47,713 bases of DNA from Octopus bimaculoides. Taxonomy: Eukaryota. Every line of letters begins with the position of its first letter. The stretch's first letter is position 1. Position numbers and translations under genes: made by a program. The notes beneath the pieces were generated by a model. The model did no database searches, was not told the origin of the DNA, and saw only the letters and a program-made list of their open reading frames with translations. This document shows, piece by piece, positions 11,049 through 23,790 of this stretch. The DNA lies in contig NC_068983.1 in NCBI RefSeq assembly GCF_001194135.2, positions 94,409,053-94,456,765 on the forward strand, in the 5' to 3' direction.

Positions 11049-13786
11049 ATTATTATTATTTCATTGTCTTTGCACAGCTTCTAACGCTGGAGATGTACTA
11101 AGGTGTCAGCTGTTCACTACCAGTGAACTAAGGTAACATCCGTTATTTTTCGAGCACCATCCGGAATATTCGAGCGGTTCTAAGCAGTGTTGTTTTCTGC
11201 AAGTGCTCCACCCTTATTGCAGCTCCTATTTGTTCAATGTATTTCTCAAGATTTTTGCTCACTGTTCCCAGGGCTCCGACAATTATTGGTACTACTACCA
11301 CCTTTTTCAGCGACCAGAACTGCTTAACCTCCAAGCTAACCTGTTATATCTATCGACTTTTCTTTCTTCCTTATCGCATACATTGTTGTCAACTGTATTG
11401 TTGTCTATGATCCGGCATCGTTTGCGTTCTTTCTCAATTAACACTATGTCCGGTTTCCTATTCTCTATCCCACGGTCGCACTGAATCTTAAAATCCCATA
11501 GGATCTTTGTATTATCATTTTCGATGATGCCTTCGGATTTATGTTCGTACCACTTTTTTGCTCTGTCAAGTCCATACTTGTTGCAAAGTGTCCAATGGAC
11601 AATCCTTGCTATATTTTGATGACGTCTCTTATATTCTTTCTGAGCTAGTGCCATACGGCTTCACCATTTTGTCCACAAATTCTGCACTTATCACTTTCTG
11701 ATATGTTGTCTATTCTGTATTTGATGTACTTAGTTCTCAATGTTTGCTCTTGGGAAGCACAGATTAAAGCCTCCTCTGTTCCCGGTTTTAGATCAATTTT
11801 AGTCATCCATAACCATCATTTTTCTCTTCCTGTCTTATCTTCAACATCCCTATGAAATTGTCCAAGCATTCTTTTCTTTATCCACCTATTTTCAGTTTCA
11901 GTCATTCTCAAGTGCTTGTAATGTGCTTTATCTTTACAATCTTCCATCCTACACAAGCCTGACCTTCTTACTTCCAATAATAGCGGTTCTGTGGCATTTT
12001 TTACATACCATGCTATGTTGTTTTCTTCTGCTCTAATGCTGTGTTCACATCCAATCACTCCTCTTCCTCCTCTTTTTCTTGGCACATACAGTCTGTTTGT
12101 GTAACTTTTTGTGGTGAGTATCCCATATCTAGTCAGCCACTTGTCTTTCTGTCTAAGCTCTTTAGTTCGTCTACTGTCCATGCGATTACCCCTGCCCCAT
12201 ATCTAAGGAGTGAAACCACCCAGGTGTTGATAGCTTCAATCTTATTCCCTCCGTTTAATTTCGACTTAAGGATCAATCTCAGCCTGTGCAAGTACTCCAC
12301 CTTAAATTTTTCTGTCATTTACTTCTCCATCAATTTATCCATTTCCAATATCCCTAAGTACTTATAGCCGTCTCTTCTATCTGCTTCATAACCTCTCCTG
12401 GCAGTATCGCTAGGCAGTCCATACATTTAATTTTGCCTCTCTTCAAGACTAACACACCACACTTTCTCAGTCCGAACTCCATTCTGGTATTAGCACTAAC
12501 GAGGGAACTGACTTGGGATTCATCTTTACAATAAAGTTTGAGGTCATCCATAAATAACAAGTGGTTGACTTTTTGTTGGCGGCTCTCGAATTCATACCCA
12601 GCCTTTGCCTTCCTCAGAATCAGTGTTAGTGGTGTCATGCACAGTACAAAGATAATGGGGACAGGCAGTCCTCTTGGAAGATGCTTCTCCTGACTTCTAT
12701 TGTCCCTAAACTTCTTCCATATGGTGTCAGTTCCGTCCTCCACTTCACCATACTTTTTCCAAGCAATCGCTCAACATTCGATGCAATACCAAATAGTTTC
12801 ATACACTCCATAAACCAAGAATGTGAAATCATATCGTACGCCTTACGATAATCGATCCATGATATGGCTAAGTTACTTTTCATCCTCTTGCAGTCTCTAA
12901 GTACAGTTTTGTCTATCAGGAGTTAATCCTTGATACTTCTGCACTTACACTTGCAATCCTTCTGCTCATGTGGTAGGACTCCATTTTTTTCCCAGATGTC
13001 CGTACATTGACTCTGTGACTATTCGAGTCAATAATTTCCACATAAATGGCAAGCAAGATATTGGCCTGTAATTGTCTACTGCATTGCCTTTTACAATGTT
13101 TTTCAAACACAGTACTGTCCTACCCAATGTCAACCACTCTGGTATTACTTGGTCAGTATTTACCAAGGTGTTGAGTTGCGCAGCTATTCGTGCATGACAT
13201 TCACCAAATCTTTTGATCCAGTAGCCTTGAACACCATCTGGTCCTGAGGTCTTCCAGTTGCCCATTGTTTTTTGCTGATTTCCTTCACTTCCCTAACTGA
13301 AATGACTAGTTCTGCCTGTTTTGGACAGATTACTGTTTGTTTTAATACTTGCAACTATTCAGTATCCTTCTTGTGCTCTTTGTTTTTGCTCCAGATGTCA
13401 CTCCCAAACCTTTGACTTTCAATGTTATCTAGTATCAACTTTTCATCAGTACACTCGCCATTTATTTCTTTATAGAATCTCTTCTGATCTACTCTGAATA
13501 ACCTATTCTGCTGGTATCTCTTCATTCTTTGGTCGTATCTTACCATCTTTGCTTTCTTTGCAACGGGCGCTGTTTCATTTCCTCCATTACCACTTTCAGG
13601 CCCTTTCTTTCAATATCATACTTCTTGTTCAGTGCGCTGTATTTTTGTTCGCTTTTAAGTTCCCCCTTCTCTTTTCGGTCTAACGCAGAAATGTCCTTCG
13701 AGAGCATATCTAACCACGCCTGTATTCTTCTTTTCCACCATAGATCTTTTCTTTTGTCACTCCCTATTATTATTATTATTATTATT
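11049..13786 (-). mobile_element. R4/Dong-clade non-LTR retrotransposon, 5'-truncated and degenerate (RT plus RLE endonuclease)
   Basis: Fragmented ORFs read RYQQNRLFRVDQKRFYKE, NWKTSGPDGVQGYWIK, NYRPISCLPFMWKLLT, WIDYRKAYDMISHSW, HLLFMDDLKLY, NRLYVPRKRGGRG, RHQNIARIVHWTLC, WDFKIQCD..RKPDIVL and VPIIVGALGTVSKNLEKY. (TAA)n lies at the 3' end (11049-11060) and beyond the 5' junction (13766-13786). Confidence 0.92.
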
Positions 13787-13938
13787 NNNNNNNNNNNNNN
13801 NNNNNNNNNNNNNNNNNNNNNNNNNNNNNNNNNNNNNNNNNNNNNNNNNNNNNNNNNNNNNNNNNNNNNNNNNNNNNNNNNNNNNNNNNNNNNNNNNNNN
13901 NNNNNNNNNNNNNNNNNNNNNNNNNNNNNNNNNNNNNN

Positions 13939-14098
13939 TTCCTCTGCCTCTACGTTCTGAGTTCTAGTTCTTCAAAGGTCGACTTTACCTTTCATCCTTT
14001 CGGGATTGATAAATTAAGTACCAGTTGAACACTGGGGTCGATTTAATTGACTCATCCCCTCCCCTAAAAGTTGCTGCCCCTGTGGCAAAATTTGAAAC

Positions 14099-14138
<40 letters not shown>
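13939..14138 (+). mobile_element. tRNA-derived SINE (3' portion) with (ATT)n tail
   Basis: Contains gttctgagttc..gtcgacttt.cctttcatcctttcggg..gataaattaagtaccag. Diverged reverse-strand copies occur at 16555-16715, 20490-20680 and 39810-39905. Confidence 0.8.
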
Positions 14139-14235
14139 GAGTGAGAGAGCAGTGCATGCCATCAAAGTGACACTGGGGTAAAATATACGAAGCCCAGTAT
14201 ACCCATCATGACTACTTGTCTGATAAGGAATTAAA
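14139..14235 (-). mobile_element. Short (TAA)n-tailed retroelement 3' end, tail-to-tail with the SINE
   Basis: The minus strand ends ..gcatgcactgctctctcactc followed directly by (AAT)n, sharing the tract at 14099-14138. The family assignment comes from my recall of octopus repeats only. Confidence 0.45.
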
Positions 14236-14602
14236 ATCGAAACCACATCAAAGACTAAGCTCGGCGGAATATTATCTACATTCAGTGACGTTGAGCCTTT
14301 GCCTGTCATGTGTGCCACGTGTGATATACTGGGCATGTTTCCCAGGTGTCCGTGTTTCATATATGGTATGCATTCCCAATTGGGAACTATTAGGCTAATT
14401 ATTTCAAGCCTATTATTTGTAATTGTGCTTTTTGCTCTTAACCTTTTGCCTGTCCAAAGAATTTTCATAAGCTTGCCCTAAACGTCCATACTTGTTTCAG
14501 ACTTTTCGTTAGCTTTCCTTTCGTACGTCCTAAGTTACTCTAGAAAGAATTAGCCTAATAATTGTTATAAGTGCTTCTAACACAGACACAAGGGAAGAAA
14601 TT

Positions 14603-16553
14603 TAGGGGTTTCCAGCCCAACTGTGGGCGATTTCAACTGTTGAGTGGGCGATGTGTAACTGATGAGAAAATGATAGGCGACTGGAAATTTTGGTGGGCGA
14701 TATAGGAATCTGAGTATTAAGAAAGCATTTCAAGATATGCTAACCAAAAAAATTTGCAAAGGAGATATGTAAAAGTCCTGTTTAAAAAAGCAAAAAAAAA
14801 AAAAAAAAGCAGGAGGCTAAATGGAAATAACCGGGCCACATTCCTTGATAAATACACCTTTAGACAAAGAACATTTTGGTATTTTCTATAGTTCTTCGGA
14901 CAAAATGGTATTTTTTTTTTTCGGATATAAATCAGATTAGGTAAAAACAAGAACAACTTTATGTCAGGCAATGAGAGAGCACACGTAAAATTGACACTAG
15001 ATAACTTCTAGGAACTCAACTGACACGCTGTAGACAAGGAGGTGCGGACAACAATGCCAGACAAAATATGAGAATCCCAAGAAGGGATCTATTCACAGCT
15101 CAATGCACATGCTCGTATAAACAGACAGCCACTTGAAGTTGTTGGATTGTATTGATTGCCAAGTGATTGTAACACTCTTGTGTTTTTGCATTTGTGAATT
15201 ATTGAAAACGAACTTCGTTTAACAATATAACTTGGCGAACGAAAATTTTATTATCTATTGTTTCTACTATTTTCTCTGCGTATTGCACAGATTTTAAACG
15301 CCGCAATGTCTCCATTTAAGAAAATTTGTCGTCAATACAGCATTGATTGTTTATCTTATGGGGGTTTGTCGCTTCTCTCCAGAGCAGTCAATCATCTATG
15401 TGCCATATGTGCAACAAAACTTTAAGCAACGAAACCGTGAAGCATTCACGCTTAAAGTATCATTTATATTCTAAGCATGAAGGAAAAACCTTTGGCATAT
15501 TTATTACAAATTAAAGCCGCATTCGAAAAGTGGAAAACGTTAATCTCTAAATTTCAGAAAGCAACCAGGCAGCAAGGTAACAGGATAACTGCAACGGACA
15601 ACATTGCATTACTTGCCGAAAGGCTGGTACATCCTACATATTACTGCGACATCAACTGTAATGCATAAAAAGCCTGACGCAATTATCAAGACAATTCCAC
15701 TTAGGTATAACACAATTTCTTGATGTATAGATGAAATAGGCCACCGACGTCAAACATCAATCCACAATCTCTGTCAACACCAAACGCCCAGGAAAATTGA
15801 CGAAAGGGGTCTTGTTTCACGAGGACAATGTCCTTGGTTGCCGCGTGTGATTGTGGCCTTGCGTAATTGTAGCTGATCAGTCTTCCTATTCTCCTAATTC
15901 TGCCCTATCTGACTATCATTTGTTCCTCAGCATAAAGAAAAAAACTCTTGGCTTGGGACCAGTATCGCAGTGATGATAACGTCATATTATGTAACCAAGC
16001 GAGGTGACTTGCGGTTAAAGATGAATAATTCTAAGCTCAATGTGTCTGCACTAGCTGCATCACGCCAGACACAGGGGTCGCATTGATGATATTTAAAAAC
16101 GGTATGTATGTGCCAAAATACTTAATGTTACTGCTTTTGATATTATTTTCAGTAAAGACTTTTGTAATGCAAAAATTTGTTTATTTAAAAGAAAATTGGT
16201 AACGGTTTGTTACTTGTTCATAAACTGAGTTTTTGAAACGGTTACACTTTTAATTATACCTAAAAGTACCTATCATGAAATCTGATCATCCTTTATAATT
16301 CAATTTAATAAAATACAATTTTAAATGGTCACGTTTGCGTTCGTTTGTTTTTTAACACGATAATAACAGTACCTGCATATCAGCATTATTTGTTACCGCC
16401 CTTTGGTATTTGGTTTTTACTGTATCCTAAAATGTCAGTTTACGAATCAGTTATAAATATTTACCAAACATTTTTGGTACGCTTGTGAATATTTACTATA
16501 CAGAGGGGCGTCGGAAAATGGGCGATAATGCAACCAAGGGTTGGGAACCTCCA
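14603..16553 (+). mobile_element. Decayed Charlie/Buster-type hAT transposon
   Basis: The imperfect TIRs TAGGGGTTTCCAGCCC and reverse-complement TGGAGGTTCCCAACCC match at 12/16. Subterminal TGGGCGA motifs occur at both ends. The transposase remnant at about 15310-15750 reads KKICRQYS..CHMCNKTLSNETVKHSRLKYHL..DNIALLA..IIKTIPLRYNTIS*CIDEI, like the ZBED5/Buster N-terminus. The flanks look like two halves of one SINE. Confidence 0.7.
15775..15990 (+). mobile_element. mariner transposase fragment nested in the hAT
   Basis: Translation gives KRPGKLTKGVLFHEDN..YSPNSALSDYHLFLSIKK..YRSDDNVI, matching the mariner motifs HQDNAP and YSPDLAPSDY. Confidence 0.8.
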
Positions 16554-16554
16554 G

Positions 16555-16715
16555 TAGAATCGATTATATCGACAAAAGTATTGAATTTACCAACCTTTGG
16601 AGGAGGAAAGGCAGAGTTGACGCAGACAAAAGTTGAACTCAGAGCATTAACTGCTATAACAAAATACCACAATGCATTTTGGCCGATGCTTTAATGATTC
16701 TACTAATCTGCCACT
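16555..16715 (-). mobile_element. tRNA-derived SINE, old copy; its tail appears to continue at about 14570-14602
   Basis: The reverse complement reads ggcagattagtagaatcatt..gctctgagttcaac..gtcaactctgcctttcctcc..gtcgatataatcgattc, similar to 13939-14098. Confidence 0.6.
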
Positions 16716-16945
16716 CTTTATAAAGAGACGAAAATAGTTACTGCAAAATATTTTGTTTGGCGCGCTAACGATTGTCAACCCACCGCTCTTACTATGAATA
16801 GTTCTAATATAGAACCATCTAAGACAAAGCCTATTAATTTTATTGCTGTTCTTATGGAAGTTCCCATCTGAAGTCAGGATCGTGCGGGTTTTAATATTTT
16901 TACGTTGTGGTTTAAAGTTTCTCTTGGTTTTACGAAAGAATCATG

Positions 16946-17960
16946 TACAAGGTGGTGCAAAAGTAGGCTTACAGTTATACAGTTGTATATTTTATTCTTT
17001 TATTTAAAAAAAAAACGTTGTATAATGTTAGTCCCATAAATGCTCAAAATGTCCACCTTGAACATTGACACATTTTTAGAGTCTATCAGCCACACTGCGA
17101 CACACACGACACAGGTCAAGGTCAGTGCTGATTTCCAGGCAGGCCTCTGTAATGAGCCCACGTAGTTAAAGCAGATTGCTTGGTTTTCTCCGGAATACCT
17201 ACTCTTTCACAACACCCCAGCAAAAAATAATCCATGGGCATTAGGTCTGGGGAACGGGGTGGCCATTTAGTAATCCCACGTCACCCATTCCACCTACCTG
17301 GGAATGTTTCACTGAGAAAATTATGCACATGAATTGCATAATGCGGTGGTACCCCATCCTGTTGGAATAACACGTTACCAAAGTTCGGCATAGCCTGTAT
17401 TGCAGGCACCACCTCCTTGCGCAAAATTTTAAGGTAGTTGTCACCGTTAAGTGTGCCCTCAAAAATGACAGGCCCAAGGACTCTTGAATGCGACAGACAT
17501 ACCCAAACAGTGACACGTGGCTGATTCATCACAGTTGTTAGTGTTAGGTAAGGCCACATCCAACGAAACAATCTTGTCAACGAATTGCGGGTTTTCATAA
17601 ATCTCATTCAGCATGACTTCTACGAACTCCACACGACGATCTGGATCATCCTCTGTTAGGTGTTGCAGAAGTCTAGGTCGGTATGGTTTGAAGTTCAGTT
17701 TTATTATGAGACGACCGAGGGACCTTCGTGAGGTGCTCGTCTGGTAGGCTTCTTAGGGCTATTCACAAAAGTCAATGCTACCTGCATTGAGTTTCCTTAG
17801 TGGCAACAATTCGAGGACGTCCGGATTTTGTGGCGTTCTTTACTGAACCTGTCTCTTCGAATTTGTCTCATTTTGTAGCGAGACCAATTCCTATTATTGC
17901 ATATTGAAAACATTTGACTTATATAGGCTCCTCACATTAATCTGTAGTGATTGGTTAAAA
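16946..17960 (-). mobile_element. Tc1/mariner-superfamily transposon remnant, DD41D type
   Basis: In FQQDGVPPHY..WPPRSPDLMPMDYF I count 41 residues between the second and third D. The C-terminus reads NVQGGHFEHL. One terminal sequence, TA-CAAGGTGGTGCAAAAGTAGGCTTACAG, lies at 16946. The other TIR was not found. Confidence 0.85.
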
Positions 17961-17999
17961 TACTTATCATGTGAGTGGACATTTGTTGTGATTGGTTGA

Positions 18000-18260
18000 G
18001 TGTTGCACGGGATTGAAGGTCCAGTTATGTTGTGCGTAATATATTATGATTTGAAGAAATAGATTTTCTGTGGTCTGCTATCAAATATAAACATTTTTTT
18101 TGCCAAAACTCCATCCTTGTATCAGCAGAAAATGCTGTTATTAAATTCAACTTTTTCTTATCATTGTAAATATTTCCAGTAGAAATCTTAAGATAGTTCA
18201 CAAAGAAACTATGAATTGTATGTGTGTTTCTTGATGCTGTAAACTCAAGCACAAAATGAA
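18000..18260 (-). mobile_element. Highly degenerate R4/Dong-like RT fragment
   Basis: HSFFVNYLK..LNLITAFSADTRMEFWQKKCLYL resembles HLLFMDDLK..SANTRMEFGLRKC of the element at 12354-12743. Confidence 0.55.
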
Positions 18261-18570
18261 TAGATCTTATAAAAGATAGATAATAGATTTAACAACCAGA
18301 AAACAGATGCACAGACGGCATCCTTGGAGTTTTATATATGTCGGTCTATGTTCAGATGTTTATGAGCCTTTCAAAAGCAGCACCTACTACACCAGCAACT
18401 TTGATTTGGGGTAGAGTAAGACGCCTTTTTCATAATCAGCCTATATTATCATGATGTTTTATCATATTTTAATAAAAATTGAGTCAGCATAACCTACTCT
18501 TTATAGATGCTCCGTGTACCCCTATACTCTGCTCTTTCCATCTACAAGTTACAAACTTGTGGACTTGGAG

Positions 18571-18725
18571 TATGTATGTATGTATGTATGTATGTATGTA
18601 TGTATGTATGATTGTATGTATGTATGTATGCATATATGTATGTATGCATGTATGTATATATATATGTATGTATGCATGCGTGTATGTCTATATGTACAAG
18701 CTGAGAGAAAGAGAGAAAGAGCAAG

Positions 18726-18758
<33 letters not shown>

Positions 18759-18815
18759 AAGAGGGTGTGTGTATGTGTGTGTGTATGAGTGTATATATGT
18801 ATGTGTGTGTGTATG
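18571..18815. repeat. Compound microsatellite (TATG)n/(TA)n/(GA)n/(TG)n
   Basis: Direct inspection. Confidence 0.9.
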
Positions 18816-20489
18816 TGTGTGTGTATTTTCTGATAAAAATGATAACACAATGCCAAGAATTAGCCTCGTGCCAACAAGAAATTTCTTTTAGTAATAGTTT
18901 TTGGCAGGTTGATGTTCTCTGCGTCATTTGTGTGTCTGTATCCGCGCACGCGCGCGTGTGTGTACTTGTGCATATGCTTGTGTTTTTGTAGGAAGGGAGG
19001 GCGTACTAGGTTAATGATAATACGGATATCCATTAATGTATCAACTTTCTCCATGAGTTAATCAATGCCTTATGTATAAAACGGCAATAAAAGAAAAGAA
19101 AAAAAGAAAAAGACAGCCAAAGTAATGAAGAAGCAACATGTCTGATGTGCATATTAGTTCTTTGTTCAACTTATAAAATTTGACACTTTCAATTACAGCC
19201 AATATTACTGCTTAGATGTTAGTTTACGTCAGTCCCCAAATAGCCTTTTGTTTTCCAACTGCAAATTTAAGAATATCAAGTCATGATACTTGTAGAATAT
19301 TAATTACAGATTTTGGGCGGTGTCTCTCAATGTCTAAACAATAATAAATGCACATTTCTCAGTTTTAAGCATATTTTCAAAAGAACAAAAACGATTTATG
19401 CTGTATATCTCGTAAACAGTTGTAAGGTTTTGTTATGGTCGAAAGCAGCAGTGTTGGTACTTTCCTTCCTTCCTTTCTTCCTTTCTTCCTTCCTTCCTTC
19501 CTTAAAGACTAAGAATTTCTACTGTAAACTTTGCAAAGAAACTTCTTTTATAAAAGTCTTCCTTTCGGTTGAAACCGAATAGATTACTGCATCGGAACGA
19601 TTAGATGCTGCGTATGGGAATCGCAGTTGTCCAAATATCATGATTCCTGTCTCGGCCTCAGGCCCGTCGCCAGACTTTAGTGCCTGGGGATATTTAAGAA
19701 TATTTTGGGTGGCTACTAATTTGTAATAATGCCAAAGTGGAGTTTCGAAATAAGTGTATCACTGTAAACCTGAGGGTGCACCAGTGAGTGAGGTAGTGCC
19801 GTCTAGTGCATCTGCTTAGCGACGGGCATGCTCGGTCTTGTTTATGCAATCAATCTAAAGTATAAGGCTTTGACGTTTGGCACTAGTCTGGCTGGAGGAA
19901 CCGTTCGTTAGTGTGATCGCCTTTAGATTGGTACGCCTTGTTTTCTATCTGGGATGAACTGACTTATCCCTTGCTGTTTCCAAGACCTTCATGAAATAGT
20001 GATTGTTGGCTTGTCCTACTGTGATTCACGTATTAGAAAACAAACTGCTGGGTGGATAAGATGTCGAATTACCAGCTCATAGGTCATGAATTCAACTCCG
20101 GTGTCGACGTTTCGATAAGACAGAATTTTAAATTCATCTAGTTGTAAGGAATAGATGCCATATCATTTGAAAATGCTACCTGCAATAGACCGGCATCCTA
20201 ACCAGAAGATGGTTTGTCTCTCAATTAAGTAATATCATAAGACAAGAGCTAAACATTGATACTTAGAACATAAAAAAAAACAAACAATTAGATTTCAACA
20301 ATCACTAGCTTTCTTTTTGACTTCTGGAGTCATAGTACAAGAGAATACCGTTGCGAAACCTGTCAGAAATTTTCTGTGAATTGTGTTATCGCAGTTTCAG
20401 TCTTTCAACTTTTTTCTAATCTCTTAAAATAACGAAGAGGATTCTCAATCCCCTTTGTTATTTGGATAATTTCAGAGGTAGTGTAAAGA

Positions 20490-20680
20490 TATGATATTGA
20501 CAAAGAATTTTAAGAGGAGGTGTAGGTTGATTACATCGACTAATCACTGTTAAAAATTGCTGGTACTTCATTTTATTGACCCCCAAAAAGATGAAAGCCA
20601 AAGTTAATCTCGGCGATATTTGATCACTGAGCGTAAAAAGCCGGAAGAAATCCGTTCTTGCAGTTCTACTAATCCACCGC
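20490..20680 (-). mobile_element. tRNA-derived SINE, diverged
   Basis: The reverse complement contains ..cgccgagattaactttggctttcatcttttgggggtcaataaaatgaagtaccag..gtcgatgtaatcaacc. Confidence 0.65.
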
Positions 20681-21639
20681 CCTTTGTTTCTAACACTAAC
20701 AAAAGCACATAGCCATAAATTTGTGGTGAGGGGCTAACTAAAAACAAGATATTTTAATTTATCAATCATAGAGGAACGAAAGGCAAAATAGACCTATACG
20801 GGATTTGAACTTACAGCAAATCCCGCCTAGGTTAGAAAATTTAGAGTACAACCTCTTGACATTGAATCGTCCAATAGGAAAATAGTCCGATGATGAAGTC
20901 AACATCTTGGTACGCGTGTTAATAACATCTTCGAGTATAAAGCCGATACAAATATCTTACAGACTATCACTGTTCACCTTATCTTGACACAATATTACAC
21001 ACGCATTCTATAAAGATTTAGAATGTCCTTTTAGACCCAAACTCCAACTTCTTGTAAACGGAAGTGAGAGACATACTGTCGTAGAAATCGCTTCAAGTTT
21101 TTCCCATTTCACACCCACTAATAAGCGGTGGTGCATTCTCGAGACCACTTTGAACGTGCAAGAGTTCTCTCCTCGATCTATCACATATAAATATACCCCA
21201 CTTCACACTGAAACCCACACGCCGATACAGAGACACACCTATATACACAGAAAGACACAAACACACAGATACACGAACGCGCGCGCACACATAGACACAC
21301 AAACACATTGACACAAACATACACACATATGCACACGTACATATACATGCATACATACAAAGAAACATACACACATAAGTACGTGCATAAACACACATAC
21401 GCACATGCATAGCCGTGCTCAAACACACTCGTATTAATATACGTCTCAGTGTCCTATGAAGTGCTGACAAGCAGTGAAATAATCCCACTAAAAAACATAA
21501 ATTTGTGACGAAAGGAAGCTTGGTTAACAAGTTTTTCTTTATGTCCCATTAAAATTCATCATTAATAAACTTAAGAGTGGGTGTTATCGGCGTATGTGTG
21601 GGTGTGTGTGTGTGTATGAATGGGTACAAATATACGGTC

Positions 21640-21855
21640 ATGTCACACACACACACACAAACACACGCACGCACGCACACACAAATACACACGTACACAC
21701 ACACACACACATTTACTTATACATGCATGCATAATGTATGTATGTATGTATGTATGTATGTATGTATGTATGTATGTATGCATGCATGTATGTATGTATG
21801 TATGTATGTATATCTATATATCTATCTATCTATCTATCTATATATATATATATAT
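21640..21855. repeat. Compound microsatellite (CA)n/(TATG)n/(TATC)n/(TA)n
   Basis: Direct inspection. Confidence 0.9.
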
Positions 21856-23094
21856 TGGTGAGTCTGTGTGGTTAAGAGGTTAGCTTCGCAGGTATGTAGT
21901 TCTAAGTTTGATCGCGCTCCTCTATATTAATGTAGATTCGAGTTCATCAATGCCATATGAGGGGAAGTTAATAGGTGGAAACAGTATGGAAACCCTTCAG
22001 CTTTCGTAAGGCGTTTTTTATACCCAAAGCGAATGCAGCTGAGATTGCAATATTACTATCGTAAATATCTTATATTTCCCCCCAAGACAAGTATACATAG
22101 AAACAAAATCGGTCACACTGCCTCTCTCTTAAAATATTTTTTTTAGTTCGCTGAAGATGGTATAGATACAGATCAACATGAATGCTTTACATTAATATAT
22201 TTACAACTAGAAACCAGTGACGGGTCGTAGATAAAATTAGTAGGGGTGATGCTTCAGAAAATTTTTAGCAGTTGTTTCAATATTGTGTAAAAAGAAACAA
22301 ACATATAAAAAGAAAATTTATGCATAAACTTGATCGGTTTGCGTTTCAGCCACTGCGGGGTTGGGTGTTTAATTTGTTCACTGAAAACCGCCACGAATTC
22401 CCCACTGCTTTTCAAAAATCCCCCCTAAATCACAAAGTAGGTGGGGTAGGGGAATCTGCCCTATTTTTCAAATCCTGGCAGCAACATTGTAGCTGGAAGA
22501 AGAATAATAATCGAATTCTATACTTTACCACATTCAAGAGTATAAACACGTTTTTAAGCACAACACACCCGGAATAAAAAAGAAACACATTTCATCAGCA
22601 CTCCAGGGTCGGCACTGCATGAACGACAGTGCTCTTTCTCCCTAGCGGGCAGCTTCCTATCTCGGACATGTGAGCATGTGCAAAGCAGCCAAACACCGCG
22701 TCGCTGGAACTGTGAAGCGCACAGTTCTATACAAGGATTTTTGTATATTTTTCATAAACTAAGGGGTAGCTACTGACATTAAGCATAAGGATTATATAAT
22801 GTACATGTTATGAAGAAAGAATTAAAGAAGAAAGGACTCATTATATTGAATGTTATCGATAATATCGAGTGGAAATAGGGGCTGCTGCAGTTCCGCAGTG
22901 CTTATACACGAGCCGCCACTGCTAGAAACAGCTTATCTAAGTGTCGTTAGGTAACACTATGCATATTGAACAAACATTTGTTTTTGTGTTCTTTCTAGTG
23001 CTATTTAGTTGGCGATATCGTATATATTATGTTGGAAAGAAAGTCCCTTCGAATTTCAAGATGGAAAAGAAACTAATGCTTCTTTGATCTTAAT

Positions 23095-23790
23095 TGATAT
23101 ATTTAATCAAGATAATACTTCCCCTCGTTTTCCACAACATCATCCCATTTAACTGGCAAATTGTTGATCTCCCGGGTGTAAAATTCTTCAGGTGTCGAAG
23201 CAAAGAAATACTTAATATCAATTTTTTCAACCTCTTCACAATTAATGAACTGTTTTCCCTCTAAATAATGTTGCACTGATCAGAAAAGATGATAGTCAGA
23301 TGGAGCAAGGTTAGGAATGTAAAGCAAAACTTCTATATTCTTTTCCTGAGTGACCTGGGAAATATTTGCTCTTGCATTATCATGTAAGAGCAACAATACT
23401 TCTTTGCATTCACTGCTTCGTTTTTGCTGAACACTTCATGATAGATGACACCTTCATAACCCACTAAACGCAGAGCGTAACTTTTTTCGTGTGAAGTCCA
23501 GCTTTGGGGATGGATTCTTCATTTTCGTTGTTTACGTTGGAAATCGTTTTAGAGAATCCACTTTTCATCACTTGTGATAATTCTACTCGGGATAAAAATC
23601 GGTAGCAAGACTGCTCTTCAATGACAGGCAGAGGGCAACTAAGACGCAGTCAAATGATAAGGGGACCGTCTGACCAAGTTAAGTTTATGAAGGTATTTTA
23701 TGATCGAATTGAACTGTTTCGCTAATTTCGCTAATTTCCGTGCAATCAGCTTTGGGTTTTCGGATCTGTTCAGCCTGGCTCACAGATTTT
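23095..23790 (-). mobile_element. mariner (DD34D-type) transposase remnant
   Basis: Translation gives LLLHDNARA..PNLAPSDYHLF*SVQHYLEGKQF..EFYTREINNLPVKWDDVVENEGKYYLD*. It has many stops and deletions. Confidence 0.85.

Noticed and set aside
13939-14000. tRNA gene
   Set aside because: The B-box-like sequence belongs to a SINE head and no complete cloverleaf is visible anywhere in the window.
19780-20230. Moderately GC-rich segment that could be an exon or a retroelement RNase H
   Set aside because: The frames I translated on the minus strand hit stops and showed no convincing motif, so it is left unassigned.
21060-21200. Possible minus-strand exon (GTATGT donor-like site)
   Set aside because: The splice context is weak, no frame resembles a known protein and there is no transcript evidence.
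22682-22736. H/ACA snoRNA
   Set aside because: The ACA lies 3 nt after the only stem, with no lower stem or pseudouridylation pocket.
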